This document shows, in pieces, positions 29,248 through 38,627 of a DNA stretch of 64,000 nucleotides; within the stretch, counting starts at the first letter, position 1, and each line of letters opens with the position of its first letter. Made by a program: the position numbers and the translations under genes. Source of the stretch: Smithella sp. (lineage in GTDB: Bacteria > Desulfobacterota > Syntrophia > Syntrophales > Smithellaceae); contig JAGOMJ010000002.1 of assembly GCA_017993615.1 (NCBI GenBank), positions 13,508 to 77,507 on the forward strand, in the 5' to 3' direction. Below the pieces are notes generated by a model. That model did no database searches. It was not told the origin of the DNA and was given only the letters and a program-made list of their open reading frames with translations.

Positions 29248-30555
29248 TTAAGCGGCCGGTCCCTTCCGAACGATGGTGATGGCCAGTTTGATAAACATCA
29301 CTCCCAACAGAAGATAAATAAGAGAAAACATGATCAGGCTGAACGTTATTTCTCCCGCGGAAACAACCACCGATGCGGCATCCGAGGTCTTCATAAGCCT
29401 GTAGATAATCCAAGGCTGGCGTCCTACTTCCGCTGCGATCCAGCCGGTCTCATGGGCAATATGCGGCAGCGGTATCAGGAGGGGCAACATAAAAAGATAC
29501 CATTTATTGTCATAAAGTCGACCCTTCCATAACAGATACGCCCCCAGCAATCCCAGGCCGATCATGACGACTCCGGCACCCACCATGATATGATACACCT
29601 GAAACACAAAGTTTACCGGCGGCCAGTCTTCTTTCGGAAAGTCATTGAGGCCTTTTATTTCCGAGTTCCAGTCAAAATTGTAAAGAAAACTCAGCCCCTT
29701 GGGAATGTAGATGCCATACGTCTTGCGGTTCTTCTCATCAACATAACCCAGGGCATATATCTTGGCGCCTTGCGCTGTTTCAAAATGCCCTTCCATCGCG
29801 GCTGCTTTTTCCGGCTGCAGATCGATGACATTCACCGCGTGGGCATGCCCCGCCCCCAATTGCAGAAGCGGTGTCAGAGCAAAAAGGATGATCCCGATTT
29901 TAAGCATGGTTCTGGCCGTCTGACCGTGGAGACCTTTTCTCACATAATACCCGGCAATACCCGCCACCATCACCGAACTGGTGATCCATGAAGCGATGAC
30001 CGTATGGACATACCGGACGACCGTTGACGGATTAAAAACCGCGTCGCCAAAATTTCCTAAAATGATTTTACCCGCTTCATTAATGGTATAACCTGCCGGT
30101 GTCTGCATCCAGGAATTGGCCACCACAATCCAGAAGGCGGAAAGATGGCCGCCGATAAAAACCAGCAGAGCGGATAACCAGTATACTTTCGGGGACACTC
30201 TGTTGCGGGCAAAAAGCAGTACGCCAAGGAAAACCGATTCCAGAAAAAACGCCAATACACCCTCTGCAGCCAGGATCGGCCCGAAAATGTCTCCGACCGC
30301 GCGGGAATATCCCGACCAGTTGGTGCCGAATGAAAATTCCATGACAATACCTGTTGCAGCCCCGACAACAAAAATCAACGCCAGAAGCCTGACCAGAAAA
30401 TCCGTTATTTTTTTATACGTCTCGTCCTTCTTCACCAGATAAAGCGTTTCGGATATCAGGATAATCAGAGTTGTGCCCAGCGTCATGGCGGGGAAAAGAA
30501 AATGAAAACATATCGTCAGGGCAAACTGTAACCGGGCAAGGATGACTGCGCTCAT
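29248..30555 (-). CDS. cydA: cytochrome bd oxidase subunit I
   Basis: Start trimmed to ATG 30555 (RBS GAGGTG): MSAVILARLQFALTICFHFLFPAMTLG. GRQPW motif near the C-terminus. Confidence 0.9.
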   Translation of the reverse strand: MSAVILARLQFALTICFHFLFPAMTLGTTLIILISETLYLVKKDETYKKITDFLVRLLALIFVVGAATGIVMEFSFGTNWSGYSRAVGDIFGPILAAEGVLAFFLESVFLGVLLFARNRVSPKVYWLSALLVFIGGHLSAFWIVVANSWMQTPAGYTINEAGKIILGNFGDAVFNPSTVVRYVHTVIASWITSSVMVAGIAGYYVRKGLHGQTARTMLKIGIILFALTPLLQLGAGHAHAVNVIDLQPEKAAAMEGHFETAQGAKIYALGYVDEKNRKTYGIYIPKGLSFLYNFDWNSEIKGLNDFPKEDWPPVNFVFQVYHIMVGAGVVMIGLGLLGAYLLWKGRLYDNKWYLFMLPLLIPLPHIAHETGWIAAEVGRQPWIIYRLMKTSDAASVVVSAGEITFSLIMFSLIYLLLGVMFIKLAITIVRKGPAA

Positions 30556-30723
30556 AAGCACCTCATTTCGGCAGTTGAAGTTGGCTTGTACTGTTCCATT
30601 TTTTTCAACACTAGCCAATTATCCGCAACTTTTCAACTCATAATTTTTCGCTGTTATTTGCGCAGTGAATATATTATCATTTAACATGAACAGCACAGAA
30701 CATTAAAGATCAGGAGGTCTGCC

Positions 30724-31116
30724 ATGAAAAGAAAAATTGTCATCTCTGCTTTTGCTTTGAGTTTTTTGTTTCTTGTATCAATGATTTGCTTTTCAACCGC
30801 TGAGGTCTGTTACGCCGACGCGCCCAAGGATGTAAAAATCGAATACGATTCCGGAGCGCAAACCCTGACGGTCACGATCACGCATAAATCCGCGTTCCCC
30901 GGATTTCATCACATTAAAAATGTCGACGTGAAAAAGAATGCGGTTTCCGTCAGTCAAAACGCCTACTCATCGCAACCCAAAGAGGTGCCGTTCAGCTACG
31001 TATATAAGGTGGCTGCCGCTCCCGGCGATAAGCTGGATGTAACGGTTGTTTGCAACATGTCCGGAAGCAAGACGGCAACATTGACGGTGCCCGCAGCAGG
31101 AAATGCCGGAAAATAA
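30724..31116 (+). CDS. exported beta-rich protein of unknown function (possible SOR-like fold)
   Basis: 130 aa, RBS AGGAGG, signal peptide MKRKIVISAFALSFLFLVSMICFSTAEVCYA. See the finding for the TITHKSAFPGFHHI and VVCNMSG motifs. Confidence 0.6.
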   Translation: MKRKIVISAFALSFLFLVSMICFSTAEVCYADAPKDVKIEYDSGAQTLTVTITHKSAFPGFHHIKNVDVKKNAVSVSQNAYSSQPKEVPFSYVYKVAAAPGDKLDVTVVCNMSGSKTATLTVPAAGNAGK

Positions 31117-32440
31117 TTTCGACATCATCATTTCCGGCGGCACACTGTTAACCATGTCCGCCGGCATGGACATCATCGAGGATTGTTTTGTCGGCATTCA
31201 CAACGGCATCATCACCGATATCCGTTCCCTGAAAAAGACCCGGTCTACCTCCATCCGGGCGCACGAAACCATCAACGCGGACGGCTGTATCGTGATGCCC
31301 GGCCTGGTGAATACACACACACATCTGCCAATGGTCTGTTTCCGGGGACTGGCCGACGATCTGCCTCTCATGGAATGGCTGACCGGTCATATCTGGCCGG
31401 CGGAACAGCGTTTCGTCAGCAAAAAAATGGTGTATGACGGCGCAACGCTGGCCATGGCCGAAATGATTCTGTCGGGAACGACAACCTTCTGCGACGGATA
31501 TTTCTTTGAAGACAGCCTCGCCGAGGCCGTCCATGTCGCCGGGATGCGCGCCGTCGTCGCCCAGGGCTTTGCCGATTTTGTCATGCCGGATAGCGCGGCC
31601 GTAAAAAAGATGATGGCGGCAGCCAACCGTTTTGTAAAGAAATGGTATCCCCATGCGCCGCTCTTGACTCCAGCTTTCTTCTGTCATTCGCCCTATACCT
31701 GTTCTCCCGCAACACTCTCCGCAGTCAAGCAATCCGCCCGCGAACACGGTATTTTATATTTGGTTCATCTACTGGAAAACAAGGACGAAGTCCACACCAT
31801 CCGGCAGCGCTACGGCCGGACACCGGTCCAGCATCTGCTGAACCTGGGCGTGCTGGACGAACAAACCGTAGCCGTTCACTGCAACTGGCTAACATCAGAA
31901 GATATGAAAATTTTCGCCGATCTGGGAGTAAAGGTTTCACACAATCCGGAAAGTTCCATGAAACTCGCCTCCGGCGTTGCGCCGGTTCCCGACATGTTGA
32001 AGGAAGGAATATCCGTCGGCATTGGAACGGACGGCTGCGCCAGCAACAATGACCTGGATATGTTCCGGGAAATGGACACAACGGCAAAAATTCATAAAGT
32101 AACTTCTCTCGACCCGACGGTCATGAATGCTGAATCCGTCTGCCGGATGGCCACCATTGGCGGGGCACACGTTCTGGGACTGGACAAACGAATCGGTTCC
32201 ATCGAAACGGGAAAGCAAGCGGACATCATTTTAGTGGATATGAACCAGCCTCATCTGACGCCTGTCTATCACTATTACTCTCAACTTGTCTATGCCGCAC
32301 GCGGCGCGGATGTCAAAACCAGCATTGTCAACGGCAAGGTGATCATGAAAGACCGGCGTTTGCTCACGATCGATGTTCCGACCGCCATGAAGAATGTGCG
32401 GACGGTAGCCGGCGGCATCATCAGAAAAGATTCGCACTGA
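31103..32440 (+). CDS. mtaD: 5-methylthioadenosine/S-adenosylhomocysteine deaminase (amidohydrolase)
   Basis: 445 aa with GLVNTHTHLPMVCFRGLADDLPLMEWL, VHL and GTDGCASNN. Confidence 0.8.
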   Translation: MPENNFDIIISGGTLLTMSAGMDIIEDCFVGIHNGIITDIRSLKKTRSTSIRAHETINADGCIVMPGLVNTHTHLPMVCFRGLADDLPLMEWLTGHIWPAEQRFVSKKMVYDGATLAMAEMILSGTTTFCDGYFFEDSLAEAVHVAGMRAVVAQGFADFVMPDSAAVKKMMAAANRFVKKWYPHAPLLTPAFFCHSPYTCSPATLSAVKQSAREHGILYLVHLLENKDEVHTIRQRYGRTPVQHLLNLGVLDEQTVAVHCNWLTSEDMKIFADLGVKVSHNPESSMKLASGVAPVPDMLKEGISVGIGTDGCASNNDLDMFREMDTTAKIHKVTSLDPTVMNAESVCRMATIGGAHVLGLDKRIGSIETGKQADIILVDMNQPHLTPVYHYYSQLVYAARGADVKTSIVNGKVIMKDRRLLTIDVPTAMKNVRTVAGGIIRKDSH

Positions 32441-32521
32441 ATATTGTCCAACAATGTCATTGACACAAAAATCAATATTTCCTATATGTTTTCAAAATAA
32501 TCTGAAGGACTGATTTAAATT

Positions 32522-33445
32522 ATGAATATCGTTATTTCCGGTTCAATGGCGTATGACAGAATCATGGATTTTCCCGGCTATTTTTCCGACCATATTCTGC
32601 CGGATAAAATCCACATGCTCAATGTCTGCTTTCAGGTAAACGGCATGAAGGAAAAATTCGGCGGCACGGCCGGCAACATTGCTTACGCTCTGAGAATGCT
32701 CGGCGAACATCCCATCATCTGTGCCACCATCGGCCACGATTACCAGAAATACTTCAAGTGGCTTCAGCAAAACGGCATCTCCACGGAAAGCATCAAAGTC
32801 ATCGATGAGGAGTTTACTGCCGGTGCCTACATTACCACCGACCGGTCCGATAATCAGATTACCGGGTTCAATCCCGGCGCAATGAAATACCAATGTAAGA
32901 TCGATTTTGACAAATTCGACTCCCGGGAAACAATCGTCATCGTCTCGCCCGGCAATTTCAACGACATGGTAGAGTATCCGCGTGCCTGCAAAGCCAAAGG
33001 CATCGATTACATTCTGGATCCCGGGCAGTCTCTGCCGATGTGGGACAAAAACGATCTGATTCAGGCCATAGAAGGCTGCCGGATTCTGATTGTCAACGAT
33101 TACGAACTCAGCCTCATCATGAGCAAAACCGGCCTGAATAAAAACGCGCTGCTGAAAATGGCCGGAACCGTCATCACCACGCTGGGAGAACTGGGTTCGC
33201 AAGTCTCCACGCTGACCAGCGACATCGCCATCCCTCCGGTCAAATTAAAAAAAGTGGTCGATCCGACAGGCGCCGGAGACGCCTACCGTGGCGGTCTGTT
33301 GAGCGGTCTGGTTCAGGGGAAGGACATTGTGACGAGCGCAAAAATGGGCAGCGTTTCGGCGTCCTACGCCGTGGAAACCTACGGCACGCAGGAATACAGC
33401 TACACGTCCGAAGAATATCATCAAAGACTAAACGATTTATTATAA
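32522..33445 (+). CDS. PfkB-family carbohydrate/nucleoside kinase
   Basis: 307 aa with GGTAGNIAYAL and DPTGAGDAYRGG. Confidence 0.75.
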   Translation: MNIVISGSMAYDRIMDFPGYFSDHILPDKIHMLNVCFQVNGMKEKFGGTAGNIAYALRMLGEHPIICATIGHDYQKYFKWLQQNGISTESIKVIDEEFTAGAYITTDRSDNQITGFNPGAMKYQCKIDFDKFDSRETIVIVSPGNFNDMVEYPRACKAKGIDYILDPGQSLPMWDKNDLIQAIEGCRILIVNDYELSLIMSKTGLNKNALLKMAGTVITTLGELGSQVSTLTSDIAIPPVKLKKVVDPTGAGDAYRGGLLSGLVQGKDIVTSAKMGSVSASYAVETYGTQEYSYTSEEYHQRLNDLL

Positions 33446-33522
33446 CCGCAGACAACACTCCTGACATTCCGGAGGCGTGCTCAATAAAAAATCATTCTCC
33501 ATTTTTTTTTGCGGCGTCATTA

Positions 33523-33547
33523 GAAAAAATCCGCTGATGATCAACGG
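33523..33547 (-). terminator. intrinsic terminator after the citrate synthase gene
   Basis: Minus strand reads CCGTTGATCATCAGCGG followed by ATTTTTTCT, 18 nt after the stop. Confidence 0.45.
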
Positions 33548-33564
33548 CTGTTTTCACGGCCGGG

Positions 33565-34941
33565 CTATCTGTTCTGCTCGTTGCTGTTTCGATCCTTCAT
33601 AGGCACATAGTGTCGGCGCGGCGTTACGCTTTTATAGGCGGGCCTGATGATTTTTCCTCCGTTGGACAGCTCTTCTATCCGGTGCGCACTCCAGCCGGCA
33701 ATTCTGGCCATCGCGAAAAGCGGCGTGTACAATTCAGGCGGAATATCCAGGAGACGATAAAGAAACCCCGAATAAAAATCGACGTTGGCACTAACGCCCT
33801 TGTACATTTTTCGCTCATGTCCGATGATTTCAGGGGCTATACTCTCGACTCTCTCATAGAGTTTCATTTCTTCGGAGAGTCCCTTCTCCTGCGCGAGTTT
33901 TCCGACATATTCCCTTAAAATCAACGTGCGCGGATCGGAAACCGAATAAACAGCATGACCGATACCGTAAATCAGACCGGCCCGGTCAAAAGCCTGCTTA
34001 TTGAGAAGTTTGATCAGATAATCTTCGATCTGGCGGTCATCATTCCAGTTGGAAATATTATTTTTCAGGTCCTCAAACATTCGCACAACTTTGATATTGG
34101 CCCCGCCGTGACGCGGACCCTTGAGCGACCCCATGGCTGCGGCAATGGCGGAATAGGTATCCGTACCGCTGGACGTAACCACATGCACCGTGAAAGAGGA
34201 ATTATTACCGCCGCCGTGTTCCGCGTGAAGCACCAGTGCCAAATCCAGCAGCTTTTGCTCCAGAGCCGTGAATTTGCTGTCATGCCTGAGCATATGCAGG
34301 AAATTTGCGGCGGTTGATAACTGCCGTCCGGGATTGTGAATCACCAGGCTTTGATTGCCGTAACGATAGGCGTATGCCTGATAACAATACACCAGGAGCA
34401 ACGGGAACACCGCAATCAGCTTAATGCATTGCCGGAGGACATTCGGAATCTCGATATCCTCGGCCCGATCGTCCAAAACATACATGGACAAGATACTCTG
34501 GGAAATGGCATTCATGATATCGCGGCTGGAAAGTTTGAGCATGGAGTCGTGGATAAAATCATCCGGTAAAGAACGATAAGAAATCAGCAGTTTTTGAAAC
34601 CGTTCCAGTTCCTCCTTATCGGGCAGTTCACCGAAAAGCAGCAGATAACAGGATTCCTCAAAGCCGCTGCGTTTGTCCGCGACAAACCCGGATACAATTT
34701 CGGTTATGTCGATCCCTCGGTAAATAAGGCACCCCGGTCCGAGTTCAGATTCATCATCGCCGATCTGCGTATGAGACTGCACCTCACCGATTTGCGTCAG
34801 CCCGGCCAGCACCCCCTTGCCTTTGATGTCGCGCAATCCTCTTTTAACATCATATTTGGCATACAAGGAAGAATCCACCAGGCTGCTGGATGCCGCCATT
34901 GAGCTCCATTTCTCAAGGCATTCCGCTTCATTTATTTTCAT
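33565..34941 (-). CDS. citrate synthase
   Basis: 458 aa with HAEHGGGNNSSF and GIGHAVYSVSDPR. Confidence 0.85.
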   Translation of the reverse strand: MKINEAECLEKWSSMAASSSLVDSSLYAKYDVKRGLRDIKGKGVLAGLTQIGEVQSHTQIGDDESELGPGCLIYRGIDITEIVSGFVADKRSGFEESCYLLLFGELPDKEELERFQKLLISYRSLPDDFIHDSMLKLSSRDIMNAISQSILSMYVLDDRAEDIEIPNVLRQCIKLIAVFPLLLVYCYQAYAYRYGNQSLVIHNPGRQLSTAANFLHMLRHDSKFTALEQKLLDLALVLHAEHGGGNNSSFTVHVVTSSGTDTYSAIAAAMGSLKGPRHGGANIKVVRMFEDLKNNISNWNDDRQIEDYLIKLLNKQAFDRAGLIYGIGHAVYSVSDPRTLILREYVGKLAQEKGLSEEMKLYERVESIAPEIIGHERKMYKGVSANVDFYSGFLYRLLDIPPELYTPLFAMARIAGWSAHRIEELSNGGKIIRPAYKSVTPRRHYVPMKDRNSNEQNR

Positions 34942-35251
34942 ATGTTTCTCCTTCCCTGTTTTGTGTATTTCGCCGAATATTCAGACAAAATAAAATAGTA
35001 TTCTGCAGATCGGTATTTTACAATACCTTATAATTCAAGGACAAAAGTGCTTTTTTGACGGGCAACATTGAATGAAAGAATGTAGCCTCTGAAGTGTGCT
35101 TTCTAATATTGCGCTGTGCCCAAATGACATTTTTAATATAGTCAATGACAGCGGGTACGTCAATTATTTTTATTTTGAACATTGTCAGCGGATAAAAACG
35201 GTTGGTTCTTAAAGTATAACTTTAAGTCTTAAATACTATTTCATTTCACCG

Positions 35252-35866
35252 TTATTTATTTTGATGTGGCACATCTTTTTCTCGCGTGCGATGCGCCATG
35301 ATATTTATTCTATGATTGTACAGAATGAGTATCCATGTCATTAAAGAACCTGCGATCGCGCCCCAATTCCAATGGGAATGATAAGCCTGTCCGCAGGCGA
35401 GAGTAAAAACCATAAAAAAAGAAGCAATAAAAGGCATCCGGACTAGTCCGTAAACAAGCAGCCAGACAGCGCAGGAAAGCATCGCTGCCCACGGTGAAAC
35501 AAGAATCGTAAATCCCAGATAGTTGGCCACCCCTTTTCCGCCGCGAAATTCATGAAAACACGGATAGCTGTTGCCGAGGACAAGAAAATAACCGGCCCAG
35601 GGGAGCCATGCGGGTTCCAAATAATACATGGCTAGCACCGCGACCAGCATCGCCCGGCCGATGTCGAGCAGAAAAATAACGGCCGCCCACACCATGCCTG
35701 CCTGACGGTAAACGTTTGTGGTTCCCGCATTGCCGCTGAACCCGAGACGGGGATCCTTTCTGCCTGTCAGTTTAAAAAAAATAATAGCAAAATTAACTGA
35801 TCCAGCCAGATACGCTAAAAGAAATATTGAAAATGTTTTACCCATAATGAGACTCGCTGAGAACAA
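35252..35866 (-). CDS. plsY: glycerol-3-phosphate acyltransferase PlsY
   Basis: 204 aa polytopic protein with YLAGSVNFAI, SGNAGTTNV and FRGGKGVA. Confidence 0.85.
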   Translation of the reverse strand: MFSASLIMGKTFSIFLLAYLAGSVNFAIIFFKLTGRKDPRLGFSGNAGTTNVYRQAGMVWAAVIFLLDIGRAMLVAVLAMYYLEPAWLPWAGYFLVLGNSYPCFHEFRGGKGVANYLGFTILVSPWAAMLSCAVWLLVYGLVRMPFIASFFMVFTLACGQAYHSHWNWGAIAGSLMTWILILYNHRINIMAHRTREKDVPHQNK

Positions 35867-35947
35867 GTAAAACGAAGTTTGAAGCGCTAGTCAACTTATC
35901 TCAGGCACGTCGTGCCGCGGGATACCCGTCAATTTTACCCTTCGCTC

Positions 35948-36811
35948 TCAACTATTAACCTTGATCCAATCCGGCGGGTTCATCCTTCCATTCGTTACAT
36001 CTTTCATTATAATGCCGCTGACGCTCTCATAGAGAACGTCGTCCTTGTAAATCCAGACATCAAAAATCAGCGATTCCCTGGTTATGCTGACCGGAACAAC
36101 ACGGCCGAGATATTCCTGCCCTTTTTCCGTTTTTTGATAAATGAGTCTTTTTTCAAATCCAACCGGGAAGCAAACTTTGCCGGCAAAGCGCTGCCCCCAG
36201 ACGCAGGCAGCGTGCATGACAGCATCCAGAGGAAAAGGGGATCCGAGCAATTCATCGTCAGCCTCAAAATTTCCACCTGAAACGTATCCCAGAGCGCCTT
36301 CGGAAGAGACCGACAAATCGCCGATGATGTTTTGATAGGCAATGCCGAAAGGAACCAGATCGCGATAGACGGTAGCGGACGGAATGCTGATACAGCTGCC
36401 CTTCAGTTTATCCACCGAGCGAAAAGAAGGCGGACCTGTTTCTTCAAAACCCGAGATCACACATTCCGCTCTTGCGTGTTCGACATGACGGCTGATTGTG
36501 CCTGTTTTTGACTGGACGGACGTCAGAAGCGACGCAATCATGTTGCCGCCCTCCGTTTTTATGATATCGATAACCGCCGGCTGGCGATGGTTATCCGGCG
36601 CCAGGTAAAGAAATCTTGAAAAAGCGGCTTTCTGAATGCATTTTATCTCGCTCTGCAAAGAAACAGCCCGGCACGCTCCGGCCAAAATAATCAGCGATTC
36701 CACTGCAGGGAGGATCGCTCTGTTTTCCAGGTGATGATCCCGCAGATATGGATATATCTCGAGATCAAACGGATACCGCTGGCGTTCATTTAAACCGGAA
36801 ATGTTTTCCAT
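35948..36811 (-). CDS. stand-alone PKS-type (double hotdog) dehydratase
   Basis: YLRDHHLENRAILPAVE fits H-x3-(G/N)-x4-P, and LDAVMHAA fits D-x3-(Q/H). Start trimmed to ATG 36811 (MENISG). Overlaps the upstream thioesterase gene by 22 nt. Confidence 0.55.
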   Translation of the reverse strand: MENISGLNERQRYPFDLEIYPYLRDHHLENRAILPAVESLIILAGACRAVSLQSEIKCIQKAAFSRFLYLAPDNHRQPAVIDIIKTEGGNMIASLLTSVQSKTGTISRHVEHARAECVISGFEETGPPSFRSVDKLKGSCISIPSATVYRDLVPFGIAYQNIIGDLSVSSEGALGYVSGGNFEADDELLGSPFPLDAVMHAACVWGQRFAGKVCFPVGFEKRLIYQKTEKGQEYLGRVVPVSITRESLIFDVWIYKDDVLYESVSGIIMKDVTNGRMNPPDWIKVNS

Positions 36812-37269
36812 AGATGAACCGTTTTCGCATCCACAGCCACGGGCGTGCCTGACAGATTCAAGGCGCAATGTTTAGTAAAACCGGCGCAAATGATATTTCC
36901 TTTTTCCTGATGCGTAATCAGATAGTCGAACTGCAGACGCACCCGCTCCAGATTGACCGGCCGTGTATGGATATACATGACGTCATCATAATAAAGAGGC
37001 TGATGAAAGCTGATGGCAAGATCGAAAATGGGATAAACATAGCCGCCGTCTTCGATCTCCTTGTACGGATAGGCAAGATCGCGCATCAGCGACGTGCGGC
37101 CGAATTCAAAATAACGCAGATAGTTGGAATGATAAACCACCTGCGAGCGATCCGTATCGATATACAAAACCCTGTACACTGAACGATGCCAGACAAGGCC
37201 GGTTGTCAGATCGCGCACGTAGCGTTCATCGTTATGGTATATTTCAGGCTTGAAAGGTTTGGGTTTCAT
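36790..37269 (-). CDS. hotdog-fold thioesterase (4HBT/YbgC type)
   Basis: Start trimmed to ATG 37269 (MKPKPF), 1 nt after the KAS stop. YIDTDRSQVVYHSNYLRYFE motif. Confidence 0.7.
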   Translation of the reverse strand: MKPKPFKPEIYHNDERYVRDLTTGLVWHRSVYRVLYIDTDRSQVVYHSNYLRYFEFGRTSLMRDLAYPYKEIEDGGYVYPIFDLAISFHQPLYYDDVMYIHTRPVNLERVRLQFDYLITHQEKGNIICAGFTKHCALNLSGTPVAVDAKTVHLWKTFPV

Positions 37270-37270
37270 C

Positions 37271-38536
37271 TTAGACTCCTCTGAAAATGACACAGCAGTT
37301 TGTTCCGCCAAATCCGAATGCGTTGGAAAGAGCGATGTCACATTTATTTTTTCGGGCCTCATTGGGTACGACATCAATGTCGGAAAATTCCGGATCGGGC
37401 ACGTGATTGATGGTCGGTAAAATAATTCCTTTTTTCATTCCTTCAATCGTCAGGGCCGCTTCAATGGCCGCGGTTGCTCCCAGCGTATGCCCCAGTTGCG
37501 ATTTATTTGACGATACGGGAATTTTTTCGATTTTTTTGCCGAACACCTCGCGCAGGCATTTTATTTCTGTGGTATCCCCCTTCGGTGTCGAGGTTCCGTG
37601 GGCATTGATATATTGAATATCTGTCGGCTCCAGTTCCGCATCGTCAATCGTTTCCCGGATGGCACGGATGATTGTCGGCATGTTGGGGCTGGTGTAATGA
37701 TGAGCATCCGACGTCCAGCCGATGCCCAGAACTTCGGCTTTCGGTTTGAGGCCATAGGTTTTGATCGCCTCATCCGCCGCCAGAACAACAACGCCGGCTC
37801 CCTCCGATAGAACAAATCCCTTACGATCAGCACTGAATGGCCTCGAAGCCAGTGCGGGATTATCATATGCCCGATCTTTAGGATTAACTTTTATGGTGGC
37901 ATTCATATTAGCAAAACCGTGAATCAGCTCCGGCAGAATGGGCGTATCGGCGCCGCCGGCCAGAACAAAATCGCAATCGCCGTCCCGGATCATTCTCGCC
38001 CCGATGCCGATGGCATGGTTGCCGGAGGCGCAGGCGCCTTGCGGCGAAAAAATCGGTCCGGTAAATTTCAACAGCATGCCTGCCTTCCCGGAGGGAAGAT
38101 TCGCGCACAAATTGGGAAGCAGATACGGGCTGACCCGCAGTGGTCCGCGGTGATCCAGATCATGCACGGCAATGCGAAAAGCATCCGAGCCGTTGAGTGC
38201 CGAACCGATCAGACAGGCCATCCGCGGAGCAATCTGTGCGTCGACAACGATACCGGCATTTTCCAGTGCCTCCTTGCAAACGGCCATCGTCAGGATCACA
38301 AACGCCGCGTTCCAGTTATAAACTTCTTTGGCGTCGGTAAAATCAAGTTCCATCGGATACCAGTCGGGGATTTCTCCGACCACGTCGCAGGCGGATTCCA
38401 CTTTACAGCGGGTAACCTTGCGGAAACCGGCCTCGCCTTTCACCGCCCTCTTCCACGTTTTTTCAAACGTGCTGCCCAGCGGTGTGGCTGCACCGTAACC
38501 GACGACAAAAACTCTTCTGTTTTTGGGCGCTCTCAT
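37271..38536 (-). CDS. beta-ketoacyl-ACP synthase (elongating KAS I/II type), copy A
   Basis: 421 aa with a Cys-His-His triad context: GACASGNHAIG, SDAHHYTSP, INAHGTSTPKGD, GHTLGATAAIE. Confidence 0.85.
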   Translation of the reverse strand: MRAPKNRRVFVVGYGAATPLGSTFEKTWKRAVKGEAGFRKVTRCKVESACDVVGEIPDWYPMELDFTDAKEVYNWNAAFVILTMAVCKEALENAGIVVDAQIAPRMACLIGSALNGSDAFRIAVHDLDHRGPLRVSPYLLPNLCANLPSGKAGMLLKFTGPIFSPQGACASGNHAIGIGARMIRDGDCDFVLAGGADTPILPELIHGFANMNATIKVNPKDRAYDNPALASRPFSADRKGFVLSEGAGVVVLAADEAIKTYGLKPKAEVLGIGWTSDAHHYTSPNMPTIIRAIRETIDDAELEPTDIQYINAHGTSTPKGDTTEIKCLREVFGKKIEKIPVSSNKSQLGHTLGATAAIEAALTIEGMKKGIILPTINHVPDPEFSDIDVVPNEARKNKCDIALSNAFGFGGTNCCVIFRGV

Positions 38537-38627
38537 AATTTGCCTTTTTTATGTCATTTCGGGTGTCTTGAGCAATCTTTTCTTTAAATTGCCATATCGA
38601 CCAGGGATTGTCTCGCCATGACAATCA

